A DNA stretch of 64,000 nt, from positions 94,110-158,109 of the forward strand of contig NIVC01002600.1 in assembly GCA_002269645.1 (NCBI GenBank), in the 5' to 3' direction. This DNA is from Macrostomum lignano (taxonomy: Eukaryota). The notes below the pieces were generated by a model. The model had not been told where the DNA came from. It saw only the letters and a list, made by a program, of their open reading frames with translations, and made no database searches. This document shows, piece by piece, positions 45,101-57,546 of this stretch (positions are counted from its first letter, which is position 1; the number at the start of each line of letters is the position of its first letter). Position numbers and translations under genes: made by a program.

Positions 45101-47031
45101 CTAAGTTGCATTGGCCAAGTAAAATGTCTAAGTAGGGCAGTATACCTAGGATCTTGGGATAAAAAAAGTTTCTAATCTTTGTTAATGTTATTTTTATTTG
45201 TAAAGCTATCTAATTTAATTTTATAGAGCTTTCAATAATAAAGGTAGAATAGAATATTTTGCAAACAAAAAAACATATACTAAGCTCTGAATTATAGTAT
45301 GATATTAGAGATTTAGTATATTTAGATATAGGCTAATGTAATAAATGTTTTTATATACCAGTATTAGCTTAAGAAAATCACATTTGATTGTGACATAACC
45401 TAGGAAATAATAGCTTATAGAGCTATGGCCCAAGATATTGATACTAGGATAGAAAAGGATCAAACTTCATTTGTCCTAGATAGAAAATTGATAGCTTGAG
45501 TTGTAGTCATATATAACCAACTTAAAAATTTCACGTAGTTCTATGACTTATTTTTTAACCAAAATTGTAACTTATCTATAAAAAGAACCCGAAAGCAAAG
45601 TTAACATAATTTTGGGTAAAAGCCCTCCAAATGATAGCTTCCCAAACTATCATAGTCGTAGTTGCACCTCTTTCTATCTTATTATTATGCTATACCTTAC
45701 TAATGTACTTCTTTATATTATATTGTCATGCTACTGTGTCTCCTGTAATGCTACAATTTAAACTAGGTCTAGGATTTTAGAAAATTCTTTGTTAATGCCA
45801 TCTTTCTCTCAACAAGAACCCCTCCTCCTTTAGAAATTTCTAAGCACACTTGATATTAAGATTTTTTGTTTTCTAAGACTTTTTGTATCTTTTATATTTT
45901 TATTTAGGTTTGGCTACTTATGCACCACTTTCTATATGATAATATATATCATAAATAGTTGAAACTTGGACTGCTTAATAAATGCTAGCTAGCAAACATC
46001 TAGCTATCAATTGGCTAGTTGGCTAATGAGAATAAAGAAAATTAGAATAAAAATAAAAATAAATTTAGGTCTAAGATTCCGAAGTAAAATTTTGTATTAT
46101 AAAATAAATGCTGAAGACTAAAACATGGCTAAAATAGTCATAACCTTTTCTTAGATGACTAACTATTAAAATATATATTAAGGTCTATAATAACTTAAAA
46201 TAATTCTTGGCTCTTCTTTCAATGCTTATATTTTTGTTTTATGGCATTGTTTAGCTATGTTTATGTTCAATTTATTTGTATTTATTTTCAACATAAAAAA
46301 TACTGTTTTACTTTTAAGAAAAATAACTCTTAAAAATTTTATAATATTTCTGAGCTATATATAGTCTGTTTACAAAATAGTTTTTAATATTATGCAATGT
46401 TTAACTAAATATCAAATATTCTATGTTGCAAATACTATGTTATTGGCAAGCTAGATACTAGACAAATAGCTATGTTGTTACTAAGCTAGTTTAATATTTT
46501 AAGTATATATTATTGTACCACTAGATTGTATCTAAGATCATAGTATAAGTCTATTGGATTATGAATTCAAATCAATTATTTTGTTTGTCTTTTATCCCTA
46601 TTATTCCTTATTGGCTCTAAATATTTAGATAAATATTGGCTCTTTAATAAAAGCCAATATCTACAACTAAAACCAAAATATTCATTTTTCATCAAAACAA
46701 CTAGGATCTTTTATATATATGCTATAATGATTTAGGAAAACACAATAAAGGATATTCTAGAAATTTATAGGCAACTAGTAGCAGTAGTAGTTAGTATTAA
46801 TCATAGCAATTGCAGCTGAATATATTTCATAACATTTTTTTGCCATAGTAGAATTTGTCTACAGGGCCAATATCTTGATCAAGATTAGAGCTAGTAGAGC
46901 ATACAAAAAGCATAAAATTAGAATTTTAGTATAAATTGCTTCATATTTCATTGTTTTATTTTATACATAGCTGTGGCTGATCTGTCAGTTGCACATCTAA
47001 TTTAATCAATTAGTATTATTATTATTATTAT

Positions 47032-47306
47032 CATACATGCGCAACCCCTCTGATTTACACTGGCCATGCGACTTACTTATTGACCAAAAATGCGACTTAC
47101 CTGCGAAAGAAACCTAAAGCAAAATTAACGCAGTTTTGGGTAAACGGCAGGAGTAACTATGACTGTCTTATCAGGCCTAAATGCCTCGGCATCTAATTAG
47201 TACTACGTCTGTATTCTTTGGGGTGGCATTTTTGCGACTTACCCCTAGTCCACCACAATTCACGGTGGCCAGATCGGCCAGGTCGGCCAGCAGTTGCGCA
47301 TGTATG
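47032..47306 (+). mobile_element. 28S-bearing MITE, copy 2
   Basis: Same perfect 14-bp TIR, 7-bp flanking duplication TTATTAT within an (ATT)n tract, and a 28S-like segment at 47138-47201. Confidence 0.88.
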
Positions 47307-47390
47307 TTATTATACTATTCCTTTTTTAATAATTTCAATATTTAATACACTGATTACAATTAATTGTACTTCAGAATTGGATAACTAAAT

Positions 47391-48065
47391 ATGGCATCCT
47401 TGCTGCCACCCAGCCTGCTAGAAACTGTGAACTGGGCGCTTCACCAGCCGCAGTACAGCTTTGCTGCCGAGCTAATCAAAGGCATCCGCAATGGCATTGT
47501 CTATGGCTGCAAGATCCGATTTCCTCATGCTGTAGTGATGACATTTCTATTCAAATCGGGGCCACTGTCGGACAAGCTGTCCAATATTGTTCAGCTAACT
47601 GTGCAACACGCACGCGGTCTGGCCAGCTTTGCTGTCATATACAAACTGGCCTGCCGCCTGCTGTTGAAAACCACTGGCCGAACAGTTGGTGACAAGGCGT
47701 CGCCAGCGTCAGGTTTGCAGCGTTGGCAAGCTTTCCTGGCCGCTTTCTTAGCTGGTTACTTGGTGTTTGGTCAATCTAACAAGGTGAACGAGCAGATCAA
47801 TTTGTACCTGCTGTCCCGCATTCTCTATGGCACCGCTAAGCTGCTTGTCAAGCGCGGTTGGATTGCTAATCCGCCTGGCAATACTTTCCAATTATTTGCC
47901 GCCATCGTCTGGGGCTGCGTGCTCTGTCTATTCGAATTCGAAGGCGACACTCTGCAGCCTTCGTTGAAAGCGTCCATGACCTATATTTATCACGACAGCT
48001 CGGTGTGGACAAATTTTATTGACTGGCTCGTCTATAATAAGATGCCGTCTACTGCAAAAAAATAA
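47391..48065 (+). CDS. PXMP4: Peroxisomal membrane protein 4 (PMP24; Tim17/22/23 family), intronless, 224 aa
   Basis: KGIRNGIVYGCKIRFPHAVVMTFLF, VNEQINLYLLSRIL and LQPSLKASMTYIYHDS match the family pattern. Confidence 0.93.
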   Translation: MASLLPPSLLETVNWALHQPQYSFAAELIKGIRNGIVYGCKIRFPHAVVMTFLFKSGPLSDKLSNIVQLTVQHARGLASFAVIYKLACRLLLKTTGRTVGDKASPASGLQRWQAFLAAFLAGYLVFGQSNKVNEQINLYLLSRILYGTAKLLVKRGWIANPPGNTFQLFAAIVWGCVLCLFEFEGDTLQPSLKASMTYIYHDSSVWTNFIDWLVYNKMPSTAKK

Positions 48066-48869
48066 GTGAACGGATCAGTGACCCGCGAGTGCGCACATTC
48101 TAGCACACAGATTGCTCTCTTATATGCTCTAATTCAGAGACCGACAAACACCGGCCCGCAAAGCCTCTATCCGGCCCACTCCATTTTTTTGTCTCTTCTC
48201 GGCTCTCTTCTCGTTTCTCTCCCCCTCTCCTCTCTCTCTCCGTCTCCTCCTCTCCTCTCTTCTCTCATCTTCCATGTTCTCTCTCCTTTCCACTCTCATC
48301 TGGCCCACAAAGTACCAATTTTTGCCGACCCCCTGCTCTGATTGCTAGTCCTAATTTTATTGTACTTATCTTTAATAGTGTTTCTATTATTATTATTAGT
48401 ATTTTAATTCGAGAAGAAGCACTTATATATAGCTCTATTCTGATCTATAATGGACCGTTTAATTGTTTTTGTTATTTATTTCAATGAAATCACCGACTTA
48501 CTTAAAAGTTTTCGAGTCTCTTCAATTTTGTATTCGAATTCTTATTTTAATGCTGTTGAATGCCGTATTGTAGCTTTCTACTGTGTTCCTCTTAAAGTAC
48601 GTACTCGAAAATTAATAAACAGATTTTTTTAATTTTGCTTTTCATAATTGACCGATCTTGCAGCGTCGCTTTTAGGCTAATATGATCTACGATAATCTTA
48701 AGTAATATAAACACTGAATATTTGCCTAAACATGTATGTAGCATTGATTGCTACAATTAATGGTGCTTGTGTAATTTTAGTTTGGTAAGTTTATTAAATA
48801 TATAGAAAGAAATTAGCAATCTAGTGCCCCCTTCGGGATGGCCAATAAGCAATGGACAAAATTTATTTG

Positions 48870-49165
48870 CGTGAGCCTTGACACCTCAGTATTATCCCCA
48901 ATAGGCCTTGACACCTCAGCAATACCCCCCGTAAGCCTTGACACCTCAGCAATACCCCCCGTAAGCCTTGACACCTCAGCAATACCCCCCGTAAGCCTTG
49001 ACACCTCAGCAATACCCCCCGTAAGCCTTGACACCTCAGCAATACCCCCCGTAAGCCTTGACATCTCAGCAATACCCCCCGTAAGCCTTGACACCTCAGC
49101 AATGCCCCCGTAAGCCTTGACACCTCAGCAATGCCCCCCGTAAGCCTTGACATCTCAGCAATTTC
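48870..49165. repeat. 30-bp minisatellite (GTAAGCCTTGACACCTCAGCAATACCCCCC)
   Basis: About 9 near-identical units. Confidence 0.92.
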
Positions 49166-49361
49166 CCCTAAAAGGACTTTAGTAACGTAGCATTTAAATC
49201 CATTCTTGAAACATCTAGTTTTCCATCTGATGCATCCTACTATCAGTAGCATTGACAAAATTTGAATTGTGGCGAAAATTATAACAAAGAAATATTTAGA
49301 CTTAATTTACCTTACTAATCTGGCCGCCTGTGTGCCTCCCATTAAAGAGCCCGCAGCCGAC

Positions 49362-49748
49362 ATGCCGAAGGTGCCACGCCGCTCAAATCTGAAGGGCAAG
49401 AAAAAGAAGCAGACTCACAAGTTCGTCATCGACTGCACCCACCCAGTTGAGGACGGCATCATGGATGTGGCCAGCTTTGAGAAATTCCTCACCGAGAGGA
49501 TCAAGGTGCAGGGCAAAACCAATAACCTGCAGAATTTAGTCACTATTGAACGGAACAAGAGCAAAGTGACCGTGTCGGCCGACATACCATTCTCCAAGCG
49601 CTATCTGAAATACCTGACTAAGAAGTACTTGAAGAAGAATTCTCTACGCGACTGGCTTCGAGTAGTTGCCACGGAGAAGGACACCTACGAGCTCAGGTAC
49701 TTCAACATCAATAGCGAGGAGGCTGACGATGAAGGCGGCGACGATTGA
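49362..49748 (+). CDS. RPL22: 60S ribosomal protein L22 (eL22), 128 aa, no intron in the CDS
   Basis: [34 protein letters not shown]...[27 protein letters not shown]...YELRYFNI. Confidence 0.97.
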   Translation: MPKVPRRSNLKGKKKKQTHKFVIDCTHPVEDGIMDVASFEKFLTERIKVQGKTNNLQNLVTIERNKSKVTVSADIPFSKRYLKYLTKKYLKKNSLRDWLRVVATEKDTYELRYFNINSEEADDEGGDD

Positions 49749-50254
49749 GTGGAGAGCAAAACAACAGTACGCAGCAATGATCTATGCTTGATGACTGACT
49801 GCTTAGTTGCATTGTTTCTTTCTAGCCTTTCCTGTATTGCCAGCCGTTTTGCGTTGATTCTAGATTTGAAGTCAACCCTCCGGACCCAGCTTGTTGGTGT
49901 GTCTGCGCACACGTTTCATAGTGAAGGCGCTGTGGTTTTGTGGATAAAAATAAAATTTTAACAGATACTCTCGGTCAGGTAATTGACTAGAGGAAGCTGT
50001 TTTGAGAAAATTTGAAAAAAGCGTCATTTTCTTTATTCTTTTTACTGCGATCAGCAAACGACAGATTCTTTAACCAGTCGAAACAACAGTTAATATTGTG
50101 CAGGCCTGCATGTTTTTCTCATCATCAAGTAGTCTTCGTTCTTCGGCTTTCAAACCAGCGAAATTCACTTTGGAGTCTTGCTGGCGATTGCTGCGACCAA
50201 ATTATAATATAATCTTGTTTGACATCTTGTATGACCGTACAGCAATCGTTCGTA

Positions 50255-50682
50255 CGTTCCCGGCGTCGCTGACAAATATTTATTTGTACATTACACCGAC
50301 GTGTGACGTTATACTTCGTATTTGTTAATGTAATGCAGGGGCGTCGCCACCCGGGGGGGGGGGGGCATGTCCACCCCAGTAAAAGATATTGGCTGCATGC
50401 CAATGCTTTGCCCTCCCCCCCCACCCAACTTTGTGTCCGGTTATGGAAATCAATAATTTTGCTTCAGGGCGACAAAATATAGCACCTGCTGCGCCAAAAT
50501 GAATGTCTGCGGCGCTAATGAGTGCATGCGGCGCTAAAATGAGCACCGAGCGCTGACAACACCGATTCTAAAAATGTACATGTGCAGGTAGAATTCTTAG
50601 CTTTGCCCCCCCCCCCATAAAATCCATAGCGACGTCCCTGATGTGATGTAAAAGTACGTATTTGTCAGCGACGTCGGGAACG
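50255..50682. mobile_element. Small palindromic element with 24-bp inverted ends, interrupted by a hAT MITE
   Basis: CGTTCCCGGCGTCGCTGACAAATA (50255-50278) / TATTTGTCAGCGACGTCGGGAACG (50659-50682). Confidence 0.65.
50336..50640. mobile_element. hAT-type MITE
   Basis: TIR CAGGGGCGTCGC/GCGACGTCCCTG and 8-bp TSD ATGTAATG/ATGTGATG (7 of 8 match). Confidence 0.8.
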
Positions 50683-52161
50683 TCTCTGCTTGCTGTAATA
50701 AGGGATACTTTACATACAATCTCACTTGGCATCGCTTTGGTGAAAGAACGTCAAGGATCTGGATGCAGAATCCTCATTTTATACAGAGCGGCGTTGCCGA
50801 CAGAATTATGCTCCAGAAGAGGAATTCAGCAAATCTGAATAATCACGGGGTGAAGAGTTGAGAAAACGGCATGCTGAGGCATAAATAACAAGCAGTTTAA
50901 GGTTAAGATTCTTGTTGCACAGGGAAAAGCAATAAGCGGCAGACCCGCTTCCAAAACTTTCCCCATTAGCGGAAAATGATAATATGCTGAAGGAATTCAC
51001 ACAGTTGCGCCAACCATGTCTTTTTAAACCGTTAACCGTGTTTGAAGTCTGATTGAGGCTTGCTACTTGCTTGTAGTCATGCTGCCAATATCAGTGTCTG
51101 CTAAGTGCCCCCGCTCTCTCAAAGACCACCCAGTTTTATGTTTCAAAAAAGCTGCCTTTAAAAGGCATGAAGTTACGAGTAAAAAACAAAACAATCAAAA
51201 TGGAGTTAAGTGAGCTGCATATTACTTCTGACATCTGTCAAAGCCAACTCGTTAGTAGCAATATCTGTCACAAATCCATTACTACGTAGCACGTGATTGG
51301 TACTGACTACTAGCATAGCTACTCCGATGTTATTTACTGTTGCGCCTTGGATTTGTATCGCTGTACGAAGAGCTACCATTAAAACAGTCGTCGCTGCTGC
51401 ACGCTCCAGAAAATTGGTCAGAAAGCCATATGGTCTTATACAAAGCAATGCCTAAAGAATCGGCATTGGAGCCGTCGAGTCAACTGTCTTCGGTGTTCTC
51501 CAGGCAGAATGTAACGAAAAATCCTCGCGACAAGCCTTCTCCTAACAAGATCTTGTCCCTGTGTGTGTTGGTGTTGCTATTAATGTACTTTTCGATAAAC
51601 ATTCCGCGAAAGTTCGCATATATATTGTACTATCATTGTTTGCCTAACATTGACGGACAGTATTGGATCTTATTTTGATCGATAGAATCAGTCAATGAAG
51701 GACTGGACACTTAAGGCTCACTTTTTCTAAAAAAATATTTGCCACAATTATTATTAATGCCTCTCGCCGGTTGTGTGACAATGTCGCTTAAGGTGCGCCA
51801 GGATGCACAAAGCTGGTTTAAGGGCCACTAGTAGTGGAAGTCCTTAGTAGACTACTCACTGCAATGAGTCCAACCCTGTTATGTTTATTTTGGACATCTG
51901 CAGTTACAAGGGGTGTTTCGAAAGTTAGGAGAATTTTGTCATAAATTCATCAACTTGAAATTTTTACCCTCATGCGATTTAGCATGCAGCTTCAGTTTCT
52001 ACTGTATCAGCTTACGTGCATTAAGTGATATCTTGTGTGAATAATTACGATCTGCTGTCCATGAGAAAAGTAATGCAAATTCTTGACTTAACAGTGCATT
52101 TAATAAATGAGACTATGGAACAACCTAAAATCCAATTTTTAGCACAACAAGAACACGAATG

Positions 52162-54350
52162 TGATGTAACCGCCCTTGTCGCCTGCCCGCTCCGTAGAGA
52201 GACGAACGCATGACTAGAGGGGGCAATGACCGTAGGCTGCCTATGACCGGGCAACGACCTGACGGACCTCCAGCACCAGACTGTCCCGCCCACATGATTA
52301 GTAGCTTTTGGTAGCGCTTCGTGACCAGAGGGCCAAGGACCCACATGGACCCCACCTGTAGCCAAGGTGCAATAGTTGGTCACTCGGTCATGGTATGACC
52401 GAGTGGCTGCCACCACTCTATGTGACCTGGCGCACCTGGATCTTTCTACCAGACCTCTCGAGGCTAGAGCCCCGCCTGGATTGGTTACCAGGGGATTTAG
52501 GCTAACAGGGGAGACGCATGCAGCCGAGTACAGGGACTCTGCTTGGGGCATGATCGGGAACTCTGGGCTCAATCCTGGAGGATTTCTCAGCAGGGGATCC
52601 TTTGTGGCTGTGAGCGAGGCTGACTTGCGACTTTGATTACTAAGAGTAGTATGAGGCGAACATGTACTGTCTACAGTTTAGATTGCTCAGGGCGAAGGGA
52701 CGCGTTAGCATGGGGTTGCAACCTTCCTACTGCCATTCTGTGCCAAGACTCGCTAATCCCTCTACTGCACGCACTCACAGGCGGGCTTTGCACGGGGAGA
52801 GGCCATTAGCTTACCCAAACTTCCTTATGCTTTGCCACCCAGGGAGAAAGGCTTAGCAAGCCATGAGTGAAATGATGGTGAAAGATTGAATAATGATGAA
52901 GTTAGTTAATAGTTAATAATTAGGCCTTTAGGCGAATAATCAGGCAATTAGGCGGCTTCACTATTGAGTAAATACAGCAAAAGATACGGTATCACAATTG
53001 GCTCAGCTCTCTAATCAGACAATGGAAAATAGGCAAACCCCGGATAAGCAAAGGCAATTAGAGCACAAATTAGTAACAGGAACTTACCGGCAGCTGCACA
53101 GAGAGAGAGAGAGGCGGAGTGACCGAGGGCGGCTGTAGGCTGCAGTCAGGCAGACAGTGAAGCGGCGATGCGCTGGAGCGACGAGGCGCTGATGTAGATC
53201 AGGCGATGCTGATGATGCTGGGCGGTATCAGACCGCTGGCTGATAGGCGAGCTCACTTGGGGAGCTAAGGATACTTGGCGGTAACAGACCGCGGACCGGC
53301 AGGGATTCGTCTTATAGACGAATGGGTCAGAACTCAATCTGACTGCAAGTCCAAAGAAGGACGAGGAGAGGCACAAGGTTGAGGTTTCTCATGCCGAAAT
53401 CGCTTCCTTTTATAGACCTCACAGCCGCCTCCTCAAGGTCGTTACCATGGCTCCCTCTCTCTGATTGGCTGCCGGCAGAATGACGTCAGAATGAGTCATG
53501 ATGAGAAGCATGAGACCGGCATAGCAACATGAGAAATAGGGAAATTTCGCAATCCGGAGGTGGGGTGGGGGGATAATTGGCGCAGCGGGTGGTCGCGAAA
53601 GTGTTGCGCAAGCAAACATTGAGAACAATAGGGCTGGGGTCGAGAACAAAGGAATTGGAAATCGGGGATAATTGGGGAAAACTGAGAACAATGGAAAAGT
53701 AAACATTGGAGAAAAGGTGATAATTAGGTGCGAAAACGAGAACAAAAGAAAGAGAAAATCGGAGAAAATGTGATAATTGGTGGGGCTCGAGAGAACAAAA
53801 GAAGCAAAAACGAGAACAATAGAAGCGGAGGTGGGGTGGGTGTCACATGAGAAATTTGGGGAGGAGAACAATGGCATGAGAAAAGGTTGCGCAAGAGAGG
53901 GGGGATGAGTCATCGATGAGTCATCGGGGGGAAGAAGGGGTCACACGTCTTGCGTCACCGTTTGGGAGTTTGGGAGGGGATGGGGAGACGGTGAGCACAC
54001 AAAATACTGTAAGTAGACACAGAGAAGGAGGGGACAGCGCAGGAAAAGAGTGCAGAGAGAGACAAAAAGAGGGGGGGGAAAGGGAAAGTACAGGAAGAAT
54101 AGGGCGGAAAACAGAAGAGGTAGGGTAGAGGGGGGGGTACAGAAAGGGGTAGGGGGCTCCGGAAAGGCAGGTGTGGCGGCAGGGGAGACGGGACCAAGGC
54201 AGCAGGAGGGGTGCAGCAGAGCGGGAGTCTCCAGGCCCGGTCGGAGACCTGGCCGAGTCTCGACAGCTCTGTGCAGAGGGTGCACGGGATAGGAGGCACT
54301 TTCGAAAAAGTTCCCATGCCCTATCCCGCGACCAGAGCGTGGTTACATCA
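52162..54350 (-). mobile_element. 2.19-kb solo LTR (Gypsy-like)
   Basis: TG...CA ends with a 10-bp inverted repeat TGATGTAACC/GGTTACATCA, 4-bp TSD AATG (52158-52161 and 54351-54354), and an internal Pol II promoter on the minus strand. Confidence 0.78.
53408..53923 (-). promoter_or_regulatory. LTR promoter: TATAAAA, CCAAT, CRE and three AP-1 sites
   Basis: TATA 53414-53408, CCAAT 53468-53464, TGACGTCA 53481-53488, TGAGTCA at 53492, 53906 and 53917; canonical order and spacing. Confidence 0.7.
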
Positions 54351-54855
54351 AATGCCTGATCGTAGCTATTAATCTTGAGGTCTGAACTTTCCTGTAAGAT
54401 ATCTCTGACGCATGCAGGTTGTTAAGGTTGAACCTGAAGCTGTGTGCTCTCCATATTTTCAAACTTGCTACATAAAAATGTCAAGTTGATAAGTTTACCC
54501 ATTTAAAAGTTATTACAAAATTCTTGTTACTTTTCAAACACTATCGTACAAGCCAAACTGTACTCTGCTCGAACGCTAATTTTTTGTACAATAAAAAATG
54601 TTCGACATCAAGTGTACTCGTATACTCGTATAGCTTTAGAGTGGACAGGGTGGATGAGTAGCGTATGCTCCGTACTGCATACGCTTTTATTTGTACCAAA
54701 GAGCGGTTTCACTTCAAGCTATATTCTACAAAATGATTGTGACTCTGCAGTACAAGGCACATTTAATAGGCTGGAAGCGTGTTAGCATCGCAGATTTAAG
54801 CAGATTTCGTCGCTCAACGTTTGCATCGATAGTCATTTCATCCTGGGCATCAACT

Positions 54856-55877
54856 TTAACTTTCCGCCTTTCTTTTCTGCTTTTTCGGGTGCGCTGATCG
54901 GCTCTTGGCCTTGCATAGCGGGCAGATCGGAGCGTTCCGATGGATCTGCTGCTGGCAGGACAGGCAGGCCTTCATTGGCGGCTGAGGCAGCTGAGACCTT
55001 TGCTGCTGCTGTTGTTGTTGTTGTTTAGATGCCGATGAGCAGGAGGAGGCTGATGGTGACTGCCTTGGTGGCTGGCGATGATTCACGACCTGCTGCTGTC
55101 GGCTGGGCGGACTTGATGGTGGTGGCGCTGGCGGCGACAGGAAAGTCGGCGGAATTAGCGGCGGTGGCGGTGGAAATTGAGGTAGAAATGACGGCAGAGC
55201 CGCTAGATGAAAAGGCGGACGGAGCGGCACCAGGCAGGAAGTGTAGCTGAAAATTTTGGTAAAACGCGGTTAAAGCAATCTGCATACTATGAGTATAACT
55301 GAGTTCCATCTTTTGTTCTTTACTTGAAGTTCTGATAACCTTGCAAACAGAAAACAACGAACTGCACTAATTTGCATTCAGCCCAACAAAAGTTAAAATG
55401 TTAAAATACGATCAAGGTAAAAAATTCTTAGTTGCTTTTCTAGTGAGTTAAAGGGGAGGCGTTTTACAACCTCCCAACACAAGCTTGAAACTTCACATCG
55501 TAGAAAACTTCTTGCTTAGTCACTTCGCTAGTTCACAACTTGATTAATTCGACAGTAAGAAACGTTTTTCCCCGGCTTTACAAACCCTCCAGACTCAACT
55601 CAGCTGATGAAGATCCGGAAACGAAGACTGCCGATGCGGCGGCGACACAATCTCCGCAGTCGCTGGTGGCTGCTGGCGACTCCGGCAGCATCGGCAGCGG
55701 CTCCAGACTGCTCAGCAGGCGCAACCGATTCAGCCGGCCAAGCAGCCCGTCGTAGCGGTCGGCCAGACTGCGTGCCCTTGCGATCTCGCGCTGCCGCGAC
55801 TGCTCAGCCCGCTTCAGGCTGTGCTCGGCCTGCGGTGGCGAGGGGTGCGCGGTTGCTCAGTCAGTCAGACAGACGAA

Positions 55878-55916
<39 letters not shown>

Positions 55917-55957
55917 CACTAAGACATAGACAGACAGACAGACAGACAGAGAGACAC

Positions 55958-56028
<71 letters not shown>

Positions 56029-56206
56029 CAAGACAGATAGACAGACACAAGACAGATAGACAGACACAAGACAGACACTAAGACAGACACTAAGACAGAC
56101 ACTAAGACAGACACTAAGACAGACACTAAGACAGACACTAAGACAGACACTAAGACAAGCACTAAGACACACAGACAGACAGGCAGACAGACAGACAGAG
56201 AGACAC

Positions 56207-56245
<39 letters not shown>

Positions 56246-57105
56246 CAAGACAGATAGACAGACACAAGACAGACACTAAGACAGACACTAAGACAGACAC
56301 TAAGACAAGCACTAAGACACACAGACAGACAGGCAGACAGTTAGACAGTCAGTCAGCATAGACACTGCTCAGGCATCAGTCAACATGGACACTGCTCAGG
56401 CATCAGTCAGCATGAACACTGCTCAGGCATCACGGACACTGCCCAAAGCCTCACCGAGCTGATGCTGGCATGCAGACTCCGCAGCTGCTGCACGTGAGCC
56501 AGCCGCTCCCGTTGCATGGAATCGAGCTCGCGACTGTAGCCGTCAATACTTTTCAATTGTTCGTCGTGAGCCGCCGCAGCCGCTTGCAGTTCGCGACGGA
56601 TTTCAGTCAACTCGCTGGACAGTTTGCTGGATAATCACGAGTTCAAAAGTGGTTGGGGTTGAGAGCAAATTTTACATGCTTATCATGCCTACTGTAGTTC
56701 GCTGAGTGAGTTCTTGAGTTTTACAAAGTGTTCTTCTAGGCACTGCAGGCAGCCCAGCCTCATTCCGCTAAGCCCTGGGCGTACGCTTAAGTGTACAGCG
56801 GCCCTGACTTTCTAATCGTCAAGTTTTACTAGAAAATAATACGAGTTATTGTAGATAATGTGACAATTACGCATTTGTTTTTACTTCATTTCACATTGCA
56901 GCAGTTCGCCATTGGATCCAGTGCTGTGCGTCTGATTCTGATGCTGCTGCTGCTGCCAAAGATGAAGCTGATGATGATAATAATGATGGTGCTGCGGCTC
57001 TTTGCCAGTACAGACCGACGAGGCACCGCCGCCGCCGCCGCCGCCACCGCAGACCCTTTTCGCTGCCGGCTGATCGTTTAGTTCCAGAATCTTTGCAATC
57101 TCCAT
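54856..57105 (-). CDS. ZC4H2: Zinc finger C4H2 domain-containing protein (coiled coil + C-terminal zinc finger), 343 aa
   Basis: Exons 57105-56885, 56626-56455, 55829-55582 and 55246-54856 join in frame. C-terminus [29 protein letters not shown] is diagnostic. Confidence 0.93.
55862..56345. repeat. (GGCA)n/(GACA)n compound microsatellite, ZC4H2 intron 2
   Basis: Direct observation. Confidence 0.9.
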
Positions 57106-57546
57106 CAGGTCGAACCGGTTCAGGAGCAAATTCTCTCAGATGAAGTCTCCAAACTCCTGCTGCGACTTAACAGACTTTGGCGGGAGGATAAAGAATTCAC
57201 CAGCCAGCCAATGGGATTGCTGCTAAAGCTAAATTGAGGATCACGGGGTGGGGATTTTAGCGTTACTTCGTTTTCGAAGATTTTAGCACCTACTTTGGGG
57301 TGACGCAGTCAGGTTAAGGTAAGAGAGAAAAAGACGTCTTGTCTCCTCCCACCCCTGTGCCAAGCAGTCCATTATAAAACTTTTCAAACAATGGTGACAA
57401 AATATCTGAAAGATAGCTTGGTTTAAGCACTGTCATGGACTTTTTGAACGCGCTATCTGGATTGGAAACTCACTAAACCTGCTAAACCTTAAATCGTAGT
57501 CAAATGCGTACGAGTACTAACCTGGATCAATTTCGCTTAACTTATA

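Larger units (their letters stand above)
51907..54546. mobile_element. Mariner-type non-autonomous element (~450 bp) split by a solo LTR
   Basis: TA flanks and imperfect TIRs: CAAGGGGTGTTTCGAAAGTTAGGAGAATTTTGTCATAA vs reverse complement CGATAGTGTTTGAAAAGTAACAAGAATTTTGTAATAA. Confidence 0.7.

Noticed and set aside
49269-49361. N-terminal extension of RPL22 from the ORF track
   Set aside because: Starts at GTG, is not RPL22-like, and lies upstream of an acceptor at 49356.
51200-51680. GPCR-like hydrophobic stretches (also 6977-7307 and 60714-60989)
   Set aside because: Fragmentary, with stops and frame changes and no motif I can firmly recognise; a BLASTX search would be needed.
52045-52572. 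175-aa ORF
   Set aside because: Crosses the LTR boundary and shows no recognisable domain.
55603-55625. Hammerhead-like CTGATGA...GAAAC
   Set aside because: No pairable stem II, and it lies antisense within a ZC4H2 coding exon.
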